Assembly (NCBI GenBank): GCA_018609755.1
Contig: JAHENZ010000260.1
Coordinates: 11,672-75,671, forward strand
Length of the DNA: 64,000 nucleotides
Direction of reading: 5' to 3'
Source: Salinivenus sp.
Lineage (GTDB): Bacteria; Bacteroidota; Rhodothermia; Rhodothermales; Salinibacteraceae
Shown: positions 28,791 through 38,974 of the stretch, piece by piece
How positions within the stretch are numbered: position 1 is the first letter of the stretch
Layout: every line of letters starts with the position of its first letter
Made by a program: the position numbers and the translations under genes
The notes under the pieces: generated by a model
Databases searched by the model: none
Told to the model about the DNA's origin: nothing
What the model saw: the letters and a program-made list of their open reading frames with translations, nothing else

Positions 28791-28843
28791 CGTTGACGCA
28801 GGCCGGGAACTTCCCCTGAAGACGGGCCTTTGCGCAAAACACT

Positions 28844-29488
28844 ATGCCTGCCGACCCGGACCGCCTTCGACGCGCCCTCGTCACCCGTCTCGCCAAGCCT
28901 CTCCCCGGCCACGACGCGCACCGGACGATGGCGCCGGACCTCTCTCCCCGCCGGAATGCTCTGTCAATTGACGGGCGAGACTGTCGCGAAGCCGGGGTGC
29001 TCGTCCTACTGCACCCGAAAGAGAACGGGTGGCACCTCGTGCTTACTGTCCGGCGCGAGGAGTTGCCCGATCATGGAGGTCAAATCTCGTTTCCCGGTGG
29101 GCAACGGGAAGGCTCAGAAACACTCGACGAGACAGCCCTGCGCGAGGCTTACGAGGAGGTCGGACTGGATCCCTCGACTGTCACGCTGCTCGGACCGCTG
29201 ACCCCTCTCTATATTCCTCCGTCGAACTTTTGCGTGCACCCCTTTCTGGGGATGGTCGATCACGTCCCTGCTCTCACGCCTACCGACCGCGAAGTCGACA
29301 TGGTGTTGCGGGTGCCGCTGCGCGTGCTTCTGGATCCCGCAACACGTACAGTCGAACCGTGGACCTTGCACGGACAGAGGGTGGACGTCCCGTACTACGA
29401 CGTAGATGGGCACACCGTGTGGGGGGCAACCGCCATGATGCTGGCCGAGGTGCTGGCCGTCCTACGGGACGTGTGTGCCTCAGAATAA
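28844..29488 (+). CDS. CoA pyrophosphatase-type Nudix hydrolase (NudL-like)
   Basis: LTVRREELPDHGGQISFPGG, ALREAYEEVGL, VWGATAMML. Confidence 0.9.
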   Translation: MPADPDRLRRALVTRLAKPLPGHDAHRTMAPDLSPRRNALSIDGRDCREAGVLVLLHPKENGWHLVLTVRREELPDHGGQISFPGGQREGSETLDETALREAYEEVGLDPSTVTLLGPLTPLYIPPSNFCVHPFLGMVDHVPALTPTDREVDMVLRVPLRVLLDPATRTVEPWTLHGQRVDVPYYDVDGHTVWGATAMMLAEVLAVLRDVCASE

Positions 29489-29631
29489 TCGCCCGCAGAT
29501 CTACAATACCGAACCGGCCGCCGGATTCGGAAAATGGAAGTACGAAAGTGTGAACGCAAGTACGTGAGGACCACATCCATACCTCCACACCTCCAAACTT
29601 ACGTACACCAACGAAGCTTGCTGAGGGGGCA

Positions 29632-30330
29632 TCACACGTACTGGCGCAGGTACTCGACGACCTCGTCGGGCCCGGCCAGCCGATACTCGGCCCGCGTCTC
29701 CTCTTCTCCAATCCGCACCGTCACGGTCTCGCGCTCCATCGCCTGAAGCGCCTCAAACGCATCCTCGTCCGTCGTGTCGTCGCCGAGGTAGACCGGCGTA
29801 TGGTCGGGGTGCTCGTCGGAAATGCGGCGAACCGCCGTGCCCTTCGTGAGATTCTCGGGGCGTACCTCCACCACCTTCTTGCCCCAAATGGCATCGAGCA
29901 TCGAGGGCATCGCGTCGAGCCACGCCGAGAGCCGATCCAGCGCGTCGTCTTCGTCCTCGACGGCCCGGTAATGGACCGCAAATGCCTGATCCTTCTCCTC
30001 AATGTCCAGCCCATCGACGGACGGGACGGAGCGCCGGAGCTCGTGGAGAGCCTCTGCAGCTTCATCGGACATGAGCTGCCGCACCTCGCCGCCCACCGTG
30101 CCCTCCTGCGCCCCGTGAAGCCCAATCGCATTCAGGGGCTGATCCAGAAAGGACGAGAGCGCGCGGAGGTCTCGTCCCGTGACGATCCACACCGGAAACG
30201 TTGCGTCGAGCCGGCGGAGAAGCGCCGGCACGTCCGGGTGGGGCACCGCCGCCTCCGGATCGTCGACGATGGGTGCAAGCGTACCATCGTAGTCTAGGAA
30301 AAACAGCGGGGTGTCAACGACGGGGGGCAT
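29632..30330 (-). CDS. otsB: Trehalose-6-phosphate phosphatase
   Basis: FLDYDGTLAPIVDDP, VTGR, HYR, GKKVVEVRP, KGTAV, YLGDDTTDEDAF. Start is 30330 or 30363. Confidence 0.93.
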   Translation of the reverse strand: MPPVVDTPLFFLDYDGTLAPIVDDPEAAVPHPDVPALLRRLDATFPVWIVTGRDLRALSSFLDQPLNAIGLHGAQEGTVGGEVRQLMSDEAAEALHELRRSVPSVDGLDIEEKDQAFAVHYRAVEDEDDALDRLSAWLDAMPSMLDAIWGKKVVEVRPENLTKGTAVRRISDEHPDHTPVYLGDDTTDEDAFEALQAMERETVTVRIGEEETRAEYRLAGPDEVVEYLRQYV

Positions 30331-30369
30331 GGGCGGAGAGACCGATTCCACGAAAAGGACCAAGGGGCG

Positions 30370-31734
30370 CTACTTGGCGAGAGCGGACAGGAACTTGTCG
30401 GCCCAGTTGTGAACGTCGAGCGTTTCGACCGTTTGTTTCAGCCCTTTGAGGCGCTCCTTTTTTTCGTCGGTCGGCATTTCGAGGGCCACTTTGATGGCGT
30501 TGGCAAGTCCCCCCTGGTCGTACGGATTTACCTGCAGGGCTTCGGGGAGCAGATAGGCCGCGCCCGTAAGCTCCGACAGGATGAGCACCCCGTCCTGCGT
30601 GGCCGTCACGAACTCCTGGGTGACGACGTTCATGCCGTCGCGCAGGGGCGTGATGAGTGCCGCGTCGGCCGCCCGGTAGAAGGTACAGAGCTCGTACTGC
30701 GTGTAGGTGCGGTAGCGGTAGTTCACCGGCACCCAGCTCTCCCGTGCAAACCGTCCGTTGATGCGCCCCACCACCTCGTCCACCTCCCGCCGGATCTGCT
30801 GGTACGATTCGAGCTCCGTCCGGCTCGGCGTCGCAATCTGGAAAAAGCTCACGTTGCCGTGGTACTCCGGATTCTCTTCCAGAAACTCCTCAAATGCCAG
30901 CATTCGGGAGCGAATGCCCTTTGTGTAGTCCAGTCGGTCGATGCCGATGACGACATGATCAGTCCCGAGACGCTCGCGGAATTTTTTCGCCTCCTGCTCG
31001 ACGGAGGGATCGTGCGCCATCTCTTTGAACCGACCCACCTCGATGCCGATGGGGTGCGCCTCCACACGCGTTTCGTGGCCCTCATAGCGGATGACGTTGC
31101 CGTCAATTTCGGCCCCCAGTAACACTTCGGCACTTTCGATGAAGTTGTCGACGTACTCCTCCACGTGGAAGCCGATGAGGTCGCATCCCAGCATGCCGCG
31201 CAGCAGCTCGCGGGCCCAGGGCAGGATGCGGAAGACTTCCATTGCGGGCCAGGGAATGTGCCAGAAGTGACCGATGGTCGCGTCGGGCCGCTCCTCGCGG
31301 ATGTGACCGGGCGAGAGCATCTGGTGGTAATCCTGAATCCAGATCACCTCATCTTCTCCCCCCTCGGTTTCCTCCAGCACCGCGTCGGCAAACCGCTCGT
31401 TGACGTGCCGGTACGTCTCGATAAATTCGTCCTTTAACTCCAGGTGCTGGATCAGATAGTGTGACAGCGGCCAGAGAATCTGGTTGGCCATCCCGTAGTA
31501 GTAGCCGTCCAGCTCCTCAGTACTGAGGGGGACCCGTCGCACGAGAAAATCCGGGTCGTCGGCGGGAAATTCTTGACGCTCCGGCAGATCGGGCTCTTCG
31601 CCCATGCCCACCCAGGTGCCGCCCTGAGCTTCAAGTACAGGAAGAAGAGCCGTCGTCAGTCCGCCGACGGAGGTTTCCCAACCATCATCGGTCTGGCGAA
31701 TGGGGACGCGATTCGCAACAACAGTTAAGCTCAA
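30370..31734 (-). CDS. otsA: Trehalose-6-phosphate synthase
   Basis: VANRVP, GGLTTAL, WPLSHY, WIQDYHQ, FWHIPWP, DRLDYTKG, PLRDGMN, LSELTGAA. Probable TTG start at 31734. Confidence 0.95.
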   Translation of the reverse strand: MSLTVVANRVPIRQTDDGWETSVGGLTTALLPVLEAQGGTWVGMGEEPDLPERQEFPADDPDFLVRRVPLSTEELDGYYYGMANQILWPLSHYLIQHLELKDEFIETYRHVNERFADAVLEETEGGEDEVIWIQDYHQMLSPGHIREERPDATIGHFWHIPWPAMEVFRILPWARELLRGMLGCDLIGFHVEEYVDNFIESAEVLLGAEIDGNVIRYEGHETRVEAHPIGIEVGRFKEMAHDPSVEQEAKKFRERLGTDHVVIGIDRLDYTKGIRSRMLAFEEFLEENPEYHGNVSFFQIATPSRTELESYQQIRREVDEVVGRINGRFARESWVPVNYRYRTYTQYELCTFYRAADAALITPLRDGMNVVTQEFVTATQDGVLILSELTGAAYLLPEALQVNPYDQGGLANAIKVALEMPTDEKKERLKGLKQTVETLDVHNWADKFLSALAK

Positions 31735-32009
31735 CGGTCTGTAGGCGCGTGGTGAAAAGCAGTCAGACGAGGCGGTGAATGCGAGCATCGAAGATACGAG
31801 ACAGCCCCGAAAAGATCAGGATACGACCGCACCTTCACACAAGCATATAATTGCCAAGGAAGGATGGCAAGGGGCTGGGCCCAGAAGAGCTCCTTTGCCC
31901 CTGTAACGGTCCGGGAATTCGAGCCGAAATTCAGACGTGCGCCTCGCTTCGACGACAGTGGCCTCCGTCGGACCGTGTGCTCCCGCCAATTGGGTTCACG
32001 AGTCCTCGT

Positions 32010-32933
32010 TCAGGGGCGCAGCACCGACTGACCGCGATCCGGATAATCCGTGATCAGACCATCGACCCCAAGCTGGATGAGTCGCTTCATGTCGGCGGCG
32101 TCGTTCACAGTCCAGGGGATGACTTCAACCCCCCGGTCGTGCGCGGCGGCCACGAGGTCCTCGTCCACGAGTCGTGCATTCGGGCTATAGATGTCCGGAA
32201 CGAAAGAGAGCACCCCCAGATCCTCCTCTAGGCCGTCGCTTCCCTCCCATCCCACAAGAAGCGCCGTCCGAACCGGAGCAGGGTGCCGGTGAGTGACTTC
32301 TAATGTGCGCGGGTCGAAGGACTGGATGGTCGTGCGCGGACCAACGCCCTCGTCCTCCACAACCGCCAGGACGCGTTCGACGAAGGCCTCCGGATCCGGA
32401 TGCAAGGTGCCGTCCCACTCGGGCCGACTTTTCGTCTCGATGTTGTAGAAGATGGGCGCCCGATCGTGCTCGTTCACGTACGCCTCAGCCATCTGAAGAA
32501 CGTCCCGCAGGCGCGGCTTTGGAGCCGCCGTGGACTCCTGCTCTGGAAAGTTTTCCAGGGTAAGACTCCCGCAGTCGTACGCCGAAATCTGCTCGTACGT
32601 CATCTCGTACATTCGGTGGCGGGCCTGTCCTGCAGTAATCCGCCCTCCCTCTGGGGTCCGGCATTTTTCAGCCGACATCCAGGGCTCGTGCGACACGACG
32701 ACCACACTGTCCCCACTGATGACCACGTCCATTTCGATCGTAGAGACGCCGAGTTCCAGTGCCGTTCGGAAGGCAGGGATCGTGTTCTCCGGCGCGAGAC
32801 CCCGGGCGCCGCGGTGGCCCTGTAGATCAAACTCCGCCGGAGAACGAGACGCCTGTGCGCGTGCCTCTGAAGGGGACATGCCAAACGAACAAAGGAAACA
32901 GAAAACAGCGGCGAAAAGCAGGGCCAAACGCAT
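32010..32933 (-). CDS. Secreted glycerophosphodiester phosphodiesterase
   Basis: Signal peptide; QGHRGARGLAPENT, EMDV, VSHE, NIETK, QSFD, WTVN, GLITDYP. Confidence 0.92.
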   Translation of the reverse strand: MRLALLFAAVFCFLCSFGMSPSEARAQASRSPAEFDLQGHRGARGLAPENTIPAFRTALELGVSTIEMDVVISGDSVVVVSHEPWMSAEKCRTPEGGRITAGQARHRMYEMTYEQISAYDCGSLTLENFPEQESTAAPKPRLRDVLQMAEAYVNEHDRAPIFYNIETKSRPEWDGTLHPDPEAFVERVLAVVEDEGVGPRTTIQSFDPRTLEVTHRHPAPVRTALLVGWEGSDGLEEDLGVLSFVPDIYSPNARLVDEDLVAAAHDRGVEVIPWTVNDAADMKRLIQLGVDGLITDYPDRGQSVLRP

Positions 32934-33042
32934 GAGGGCCGGACGAGAAGTGATTGGGGTGTTTTGCCAAAACAAAAGAACGCCGCCGACGGTCCGCAAA
33001 CGCATCCACGATCGGAACGCCGCCTGCCGTTTGCCCCCTCCG

Positions 33043-33456
33043 CTATGGCGCACCGAAGTCGAACAACGACTGAGGACTGTCCTGCTCTAGAACAGCCACG
33101 AAGCGCTGGGCGTCTACTCGCGATGCCGCCCGTTCCCCATCCGGCTGGGCGAGGGACAACTGCACGAGGCGCCATCCATGCCCGACCGCCTCGTTCAACT
33201 CGTCAAGTCCCTCCTGCGAATCGTCCCGCTGGACCACGACAATTTCCTTCCGTTCCGGCCCCATCCCGCTACTGTCGGACGGATCGGCGTCTGTTTCTGA
33301 ATCATCGTCAGACATCCAGGACGGCACGCCGTTCTCACGCGGGTCCGCCTCCGTGCCCCCGTCCCCTTCCGACTCATCCGATTCGTCTCCGCTCAACAAG
33401 GGATCGTCGTCTGGGTCGTCGAAGACACTACCGAAAAAGTCACTGTCGTCTTCCAT
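33043..33456 (-). CDS. Hypothetical acidic protein
   Basis: Very D/E-rich N-half; C-terminal 'LDELNEAVGHGWRLVQLS' resembles DUF4177-type small domains. Confidence 0.6.
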   Translation of the reverse strand: MEDDSDFFGSVFDDPDDDPLLSGDESDESEGDGGTEADPRENGVPSWMSDDDSETDADPSDSSGMGPERKEIVVVQRDDSQEGLDELNEAVGHGWRLVQLSLAQPDGERAASRVDAQRFVAVLEQDSPQSLFDFGAP

Positions 33457-33531
33457 GGTGTAAGCTGATGTATAGAGTTGTGGTCGTACGTAAGCGATAG
33501 AACCCGACGTCTGGAAGCGTCCGACAGCCTT

Positions 33532-34347
33532 TTAGGTCCGCTGCGCTTGCTTTTCCTGAACAGTATCGTAGATGGACCCGTAGCGGTCGAGCCGGTCGAC
33601 AACCTCTTCAACGAATGCTTGATACTGCTTCGCTCCCTGGGAGCGAGGCGCGTAGTCAAATATGGACTGGCCTTGCGTCGGCGCTTCTTCAATCGCGGGA
33701 TCGTGTTGAATCTCAACGTCGAACACCTTCCCGCCGTAGTGATTGCGAACCTCTTCGATAATCGATCGGGTCTGTTCGTCGTCGCGCTGCACCATGGTGA
33801 GCAAAACCCCGAGCACCGGTGCGGCTTCTCCGAGACTCATCCGCACGTTTTTGACCACTTCTCCAAGACTCACGACCCCCTCCAGTGAGAGGTATGAGGG
33901 CGCCACCGGAATGATGAACGCATCGGCCGCCACGAGAGCGTTTACCGTGAGCAGGGAGGTGGACGGCGCACAGTCGATCAGGATCGAATCATAGTCGTCC
34001 ATGATGCCCGAAAGGGCTTTGGTGAGCCGTTTCTCGCGACCGTTCACCGAGGAGAGTTTCGTGTCGGCGTCCGCCAGGCGGAGGGACCCCGTGAGGACAT
34101 CTACGTTCCGCGTGGCGGTTGGCTGGATGACATCCGAGGCCGCATGCTCGCCGAACAGCACCGACGCAGTAGAGGGCTCAAGATCGTCTCGGTCAATGCC
34201 GAGCGTGAGCGACGCAGATCCCTGACTGTCGAGGTCAACCACGAGGACTCGGCGTCCCTCCCGGCCCAGACCCGCCGCCAGGTTGACCGTGGTCGTCGTC
34301 TTCCCGACGCCTCCCTTGTTGTTGATAATTGGAACGGTTTTGAGCAT
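33532..34347 (-). CDS. ParA/Soj family ATPase (orphan)
   Basis: NNKGGVGKTTT, DLDSQGSAS, DCAPS, NALVAAD, EAPTQGQSIFDYAP. Confidence 0.93.
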   Translation of the reverse strand: MLKTVPIINNKGGVGKTTTTVNLAAGLGREGRRVLVVDLDSQGSASLTLGIDRDDLEPSTASVLFGEHAASDVIQPTATRNVDVLTGSLRLADADTKLSSVNGREKRLTKALSGIMDDYDSILIDCAPSTSLLTVNALVAADAFIIPVAPSYLSLEGVVSLGEVVKNVRMSLGEAAPVLGVLLTMVQRDDEQTRSIIEEVRNHYGGKVFDVEIQHDPAIEEAPTQGQSIFDYAPRSQGAKQYQAFVEEVVDRLDRYGSIYDTVQEKQAQRT

Positions 34348-34881
34348 AACGATGCGCGACAGTAGAACGATGGGCAAACAATGCAACTGCAAGATGCCGA
34401 CCGGTAGTAGCCGTCATCCGTGTGTCGTCAAACTGCGCAAGAACCGGTCCGAGCCGACTAAGCGTGTTCGAAATTTTACTCAGGTTGTGCCTAATCCCGA
34501 TTTCTCAACGACCAACTCACGCGTTGCGGAAAGGAAAGCGAGAAAGACGACGTGCACCTCTGCTGCTCCCATCAATCTCACCCTAAATAGAAACAAAATG
34601 TAACTCGGCTTGGCACTTTGTACATATGATGTGACGCAGAAACTGCGAGATAACACGTAACTCAGCCATTTTCCAAATACTGAAACCTAATTCTGTGAGA
34701 GAAAACACGCCTCTATTCGATTTGGAACCGGTCCCAAAAACCAGAATTGAGTGGGTATGCTTCGCTTACGTGCTGTGCCTCGTCAATTCCCGCATCGTAT
34801 TTGCAGTGTAGTGAATGTCCGGCATTGGACGCCCGACATCCTGCGGCGGATCACTTCTTTTCCGCACATTCCTTCCAGCAT

Positions 34882-35496
34882 ATGCCTTCTACGCAGACCA
34901 CTCCGGAAAATGTGGTTTCTGAGAACTCCCCTGCAAGCGAACTCGACATTTATGCGGCCGAGTTCGCGAAACTCGTGAGCCGGTATTCTCCCACCCGCCA
35001 CGAACAACCCTCCGATTGGCTTTCCCGTCTCCCCGACGAAGCGTTCTACTATTACGACCGGGGCATTGCCACCTTCGGCGGGGAGGCGAAATCTCCAATC
35101 GACCGTCGCGGTCGTCTATATCTGGTACATACGGCACTGGTCTTCATGTGGATGAGCTGGGGCAAGGGAACGGCCCGAGAGCGGTTCCAGACCAATCCCC
35201 ACAAAGGAACGTGCCGAACGGCCTCTTTAATCACGCTCGAACACTACGAGCGCGGAGGGGTACTCAGCGCGTATCGGACGTACGACTGGTTCTACCAGCC
35301 GGTCGAAGAGTGGACCGTCTCCATTCGGTCGGTCGCCGTGGATGTCGGCGCCCTCTCCACTAACGACACGGATCCCGATCTACGAAGGGCCTTTCAGGAA
35401 AACGAGACCGTCGAAACGACTGTGGGCGTCCTCTCGAAGCTCCGATCGATTCCGGCCGTTCCAAGCCGAGGGGACCTCGTGCTCACAGCAGAGTAA
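34882..35496 (+). CDS. Hypothetical protein
   Basis: Protein-like aromatic-rich ORF, ATG at 34882; no family recognised. Confidence 0.6.
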   Translation: MPSTQTTPENVVSENSPASELDIYAAEFAKLVSRYSPTRHEQPSDWLSRLPDEAFYYYDRGIATFGGEAKSPIDRRGRLYLVHTALVFMWMSWGKGTARERFQTNPHKGTCRTASLITLEHYERGGVLSAYRTYDWFYQPVEEWTVSIRSVAVDVGALSTNDTDPDLRRAFQENETVETTVGVLSKLRSIPAVPSRGDLVLTAE

Positions 35497-35511
35497 GTAT
35501 GACCATCGACC

Positions 35512-35982
35512 GTGACGGTCTTGCAGTTGCCTCCTGCCCCCAAAGCTACTCACTGCTCACCGCCCTGCCTCACCACAACAACGTTTGTGCTTCAGTCGAC
35601 CACGACCGCCTCTCGCCGTCTTCTCTTCACCATAGCAATCGGAACGGGACTCGCCGGAATCGTCTCCTTTACGACTTGGTTCAGTCAGCCGGGACCGACG
35701 GCGTTCCCGGTTTACCTTCTTCATTTGCCCCTTGGCCTCGGCGTCCCATACGTCCTCTTAGGAGCCCCCCTGGCGCTGATCTCTGCCTCCACCTTCTACA
35801 GACGCATCTATAGCTGGGGGGCTGCCGTCCTCGTCCTTGCCCTTTCCGTGACGTGGTGCACGTTTGCCGTCATCGATCCGTTGGCGAGCCAGCCGTTTAC
35901 CCAGACGGTCCTCCTCTACGGATGGATGGCCGGCGGAACTGCCTACGAGGTCCTGTTGATTCTTCTGGTGGCCAGTTCCTGA
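35512..35982 (+). CDS. Hypothetical membrane protein
   Basis: About four hydrophobic segments; start uncertain. Confidence 0.5.
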   Translation: MTVLQLPPAPKATHCSPPCLTTTTFVLQSTTTASRRLLFTIAIGTGLAGIVSFTTWFSQPGPTAFPVYLLHLPLGLGVPYVLLGAPLALISASTFYRRIYSWGAAVLVLALSVTWCTFAVIDPLASQPFTQTVLLYGWMAGGTAYEVLLILLVASS

Positions 35983-36044
35983 ACACAGGTACGATAAGTC
36001 CACCAATCTACTCTTCCTCGCAGGACTTCAGCCGACGACGATTG

Positions 36045-36371
36045 CTATCGCTGAGCAGACTCCTCTTCCGACGTGGGCCAGAGGGTATTGTCCATCTGCT
36101 CTTCCTCGATGAAGGGAACCCGCTCGGCTTCAGTGGTGGGAGAAAGCTCTGTCGTCGGAGAAACCTCTGTCGGCTGCGAGCGAGAGTAGCTGGCGTGGTA
36201 TACCAGAACCAATCCCGGCATCACAATGAGGCTCGCCAGCAACGCCCACATCAAACTTGAGGTCCATATGCCGGCGTTCGATGGATTAAACATCACGCCG
36301 ATGAAGCTCGTGAGGACCCAGGCCCCAACGAAGTACGAGACGCCAAGTATAATTTTTCGTATTGTTCTCAT
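36045..36371 (-). CDS. Hypothetical membrane protein
   Basis: Two TM helices and an acidic tail. Confidence 0.55.
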   Translation of the reverse strand: MRTIRKIILGVSYFVGAWVLTSFIGVMFNPSNAGIWTSSLMWALLASLIVMPGLVLVYHASYSRSQPTEVSPTTELSPTTEAERVPFIEEEQMDNTLWPTSEEESAQR

Positions 36372-36922
36372 GGCAGTAGGGATGATTGAAATGTGAGGCC
36401 TCAAACGAGTCTTAGTGGACAGACTCGCCATTTCTGACAAATCGAAGGACGTACGTTCGTCGCGGCCCCTTCTATCTAATTCACGGAGTTGGTCCTCGCT
36501 CTACGGGAGCCGACTGTGCGGTCCACACAAGAGCAGATCATTTCCAAGGAGATGCCCCTTGAAATGAAGGAGAAGGCTGTGTGGACTCGAATATATCGGT
36601 TCCCTCCTCGTCCAGAGGGCGCCAATGTTGCCTCCTGCTGTAGGCTTTTGGCGCATTTGGGTCTGCGTCTTTTCAATTGCACCTGGTAATTTCAACGAGT
36701 TCGCTACACCTGCCACACCCCTTACGAACCATTCCAGCACGTCCCTTATCGTCACTGTTCGTCCGAGCGACAGGAGTACAACTACCGGTTCACTTTTCGA
36801 AATGGATCAACGGTGATGGGGGATCTGGACATCACTGATTCGACGCTTCCCCGTACGGAATGAGGGACATCTTCAGTGCCCCCAGTTACGCGACCGCTTT
36901 CCCAGCCTCTTCCTCGAACAGC

Positions 36923-37543
36923 ATGCGTTCCCGATTCTTCTTCGTTTGCACGTGTCTCCTTCTCTGTCTCCCGCCCGTGCTGTACGCCCAGTCCAATCCG
37001 GCAGCGTCGGCTGAGGTGTTGTCGTCCGAGCTACACGCAGCACAACGTGCGCACCTGTGGCGCGTCGCGGCGTGGGGCGGGGCCAACGCATTCGGAGGGC
37101 TCGCGCTCACGTGGGGAACGGAACGGGCCTCCACGCCCGCCCGGTGGAATTTCGGGGCGATGTCGGCCGGCTGGGGCGCCGTAAACGTCGGTATTGCCGC
37201 GATTGGTCTGTTGAGCACGCCGAGCGCTCCCCTCACGGACCCCAACGCCGTCCTGGCGGCCGAACGGCAATTTCACGACATTCTGCTCTTCAACCTGGGG
37301 CTGAACGTCGCATACTCCGCCGTGGGGGCGACGATGCTTAGCGCCGGCTATCGGGACGTATCGAACGCAGGGCGCTGGCGTGGATTTGGAACCTCGTTGA
37401 TTCTGCAGGGAATCGGCCTCCTGGTCCTCGACGGCATTGCATTCTTCGCTTCTCGAACCCGATTGGCGTCCCTCCTCGACGTGAACGTCGCGATGTCACT
37501 GCACCCGATGCCCTCCGGGTTGACCGTCGCGCTGCACCTGTAG
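36923..37543 (+). CDS. Hypothetical membrane protein with signal peptide
   Basis: Signal-like N-terminus; AGWGAVNVGIA, ILLFNLGLNVAY and GIGLLVLDG membrane segments. Confidence 0.75.
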   Translation: MRSRFFFVCTCLLLCLPPVLYAQSNPAASAEVLSSELHAAQRAHLWRVAAWGGANAFGGLALTWGTERASTPARWNFGAMSAGWGAVNVGIAAIGLLSTPSAPLTDPNAVLAAERQFHDILLFNLGLNVAYSAVGATMLSAGYRDVSNAGRWRGFGTSLILQGIGLLVLDGIAFFASRTRLASLLDVNVAMSLHPMPSGLTVALHL

Positions 37544-37669
37544 GCCTGACGCCCGCGAGCATATCCCCCTGGAGGGTCAAGGAGATTCCCGTTCGGTGAG
37601 TATCCTCGTCGGAATCGGCTCAGTTTAATTTCCAGTGCCCCGCCACCAGCTCCAGACAGTCCTCGTTTC

Positions 37670-38218
37670 ATGAACGATGAGCTCATCGCAACGAGCAAAT
37701 TTCTCAGCTACGTTCTGCGGCACAATCCTGACGCGTTAGACCTGCAGCTCGACCCAGGAGGATGGGCCGACGTGGACACGCTCATTTCCCGGGCGAATGC
37801 GCGAGGACGATCTCTCAACCGCTCGCGCATCAAGCACCTCATTGCAGAAGGGGACAAAACCCGGTTCACTCTCAGCGATGACGAATCGATGATCCGAGCC
37901 AACTACGGCCACTCGATCGAGGTGGACCTGAACCTCAAGCCGACCGATCCGCCCGATGCGCTCTACCACGGCACTGCACAATCGGCACTCCCCTCCATTC
38001 GCTCAGACGGACTGCGCCCCCAGTCGCGGCAATTCGTACACCTGTCCCCAACCCCGGACGAAGCACGCTCGGTCGGCCAGCGACACGGCACGCCGGTGGT
38101 GCTGAGCGTTGACGCTCTAAGGCTCCACGATGCCGGCGTTCCCCTCTATCAGTCCACTGACACCGTGTGGCTCACACGGCGGGTGCCGGCACGCTTTCTC
38201 CAATTTCCGGAGGAATGA
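37670..38218 (+). CDS. kptA: RNA 2'-phosphotransferase (Tpt1/KptA)
   Basis: SKFLSYVLRH, DKTRF, IRANYGHS, LYHGT, RQFVHLS, G.RHG.PVVL.V, VWL. Confidence 0.95.
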   Translation: MNDELIATSKFLSYVLRHNPDALDLQLDPGGWADVDTLISRANARGRSLNRSRIKHLIAEGDKTRFTLSDDESMIRANYGHSIEVDLNLKPTDPPDALYHGTAQSALPSIRSDGLRPQSRQFVHLSPTPDEARSVGQRHGTPVVLSVDALRLHDAGVPLYQSTDTVWLTRRVPARFLQFPEE

Positions 38219-38325
38219 CAGGCCCCGCCACACCGAAGGACTCCATCCCGAACCTACTGACCTTGCACAACTACTGCCTTCAACCGTCGACCACGGAGAG
38301 TGCGGCGAAGACCACTTATGACACG

Positions 38326-38709
38326 CTACGACGCGGACGTGTCAAGGGCGTGTGCTTCCAGGTCCTCCATTTCGAGCACCTGGAGCGCCTGTTCGTGCGT
38401 GGCCTCAATCACGACGGGTGGGGCAACGTCCGCCTCCAACGCCTCCTTCCATCGGGCTGCACAGAGACACCAACGATCACCCGGTTCTAGGCCGGGAAAA
38501 TTCCACTCGGGCCGAGGCGTCGACAAGTCGTTCCCTTTCGCTTTCGTGAAGCGAAGAAACGCCTCCGTCATTTCGGCACAGACCACGTGCTGTCCGGTAT
38601 CTTCCGGTCCCGTATCGCAGCGACCGGTTCGGTAAAACCCGGTTCTAGGCTCTTTAGAGCATGGCTGGAGGGGACCCCCGAGAACGTTTTTGGGTTCCTG
38701 AACCTGCAT
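38326..38709 (-). CDS. DUF2237 family protein
   Basis: NVLGGPLQPCS, TGFYRTGRC, H.VCA, GNDLSTPRPEWNFPGL.PGDRWCLCAARW. Confidence 0.93.
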   Translation of the reverse strand: MQVQEPKNVLGGPLQPCSKEPRTGFYRTGRCDTGPEDTGQHVVCAEMTEAFLRFTKAKGNDLSTPRPEWNFPGLEPGDRWCLCAARWKEALEADVAPPVVIEATHEQALQVLEMEDLEAHALDTSAS

Positions 38710-38974
38710 GGTAGAAACAGTAAAAAACAAAGGAGGACTGCGAAGGAAGTCTTTCGTTTCCTCTCAACGTCATGAAGGCGGTCCCGTTCTGCGTTCACAT
38801 TCCTCTGCGACAATCGTCTTCAGGAACTGAGGTACGCCAACTTTCCCTGCCCTGCCCCCTCGACGCAGCAGTGTCCCTGGTTCATTCACGGAAAGCACTC
38901 TCTTTTCTCTGAATGGATCTTCGTTCATAACGACCTCATCTTCTCTCGTTGATGTTACGTTCTCCTTCCGAGGG

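Noticed and set aside
34560-34745. Possible replication origin next to parA
   Set aside because: No DnaA-box array or iterons seen, and no dnaA or rep gene nearby.
36476-36816. Several short overlapping ORFs
   Set aside because: None has a recognisable motif or convincing start; may be a decayed gene.
37670-38218. kptA as part of an RNA-repair or defence system
   Set aside because: No rtcB, toxin, nuclease or defence neighbours.
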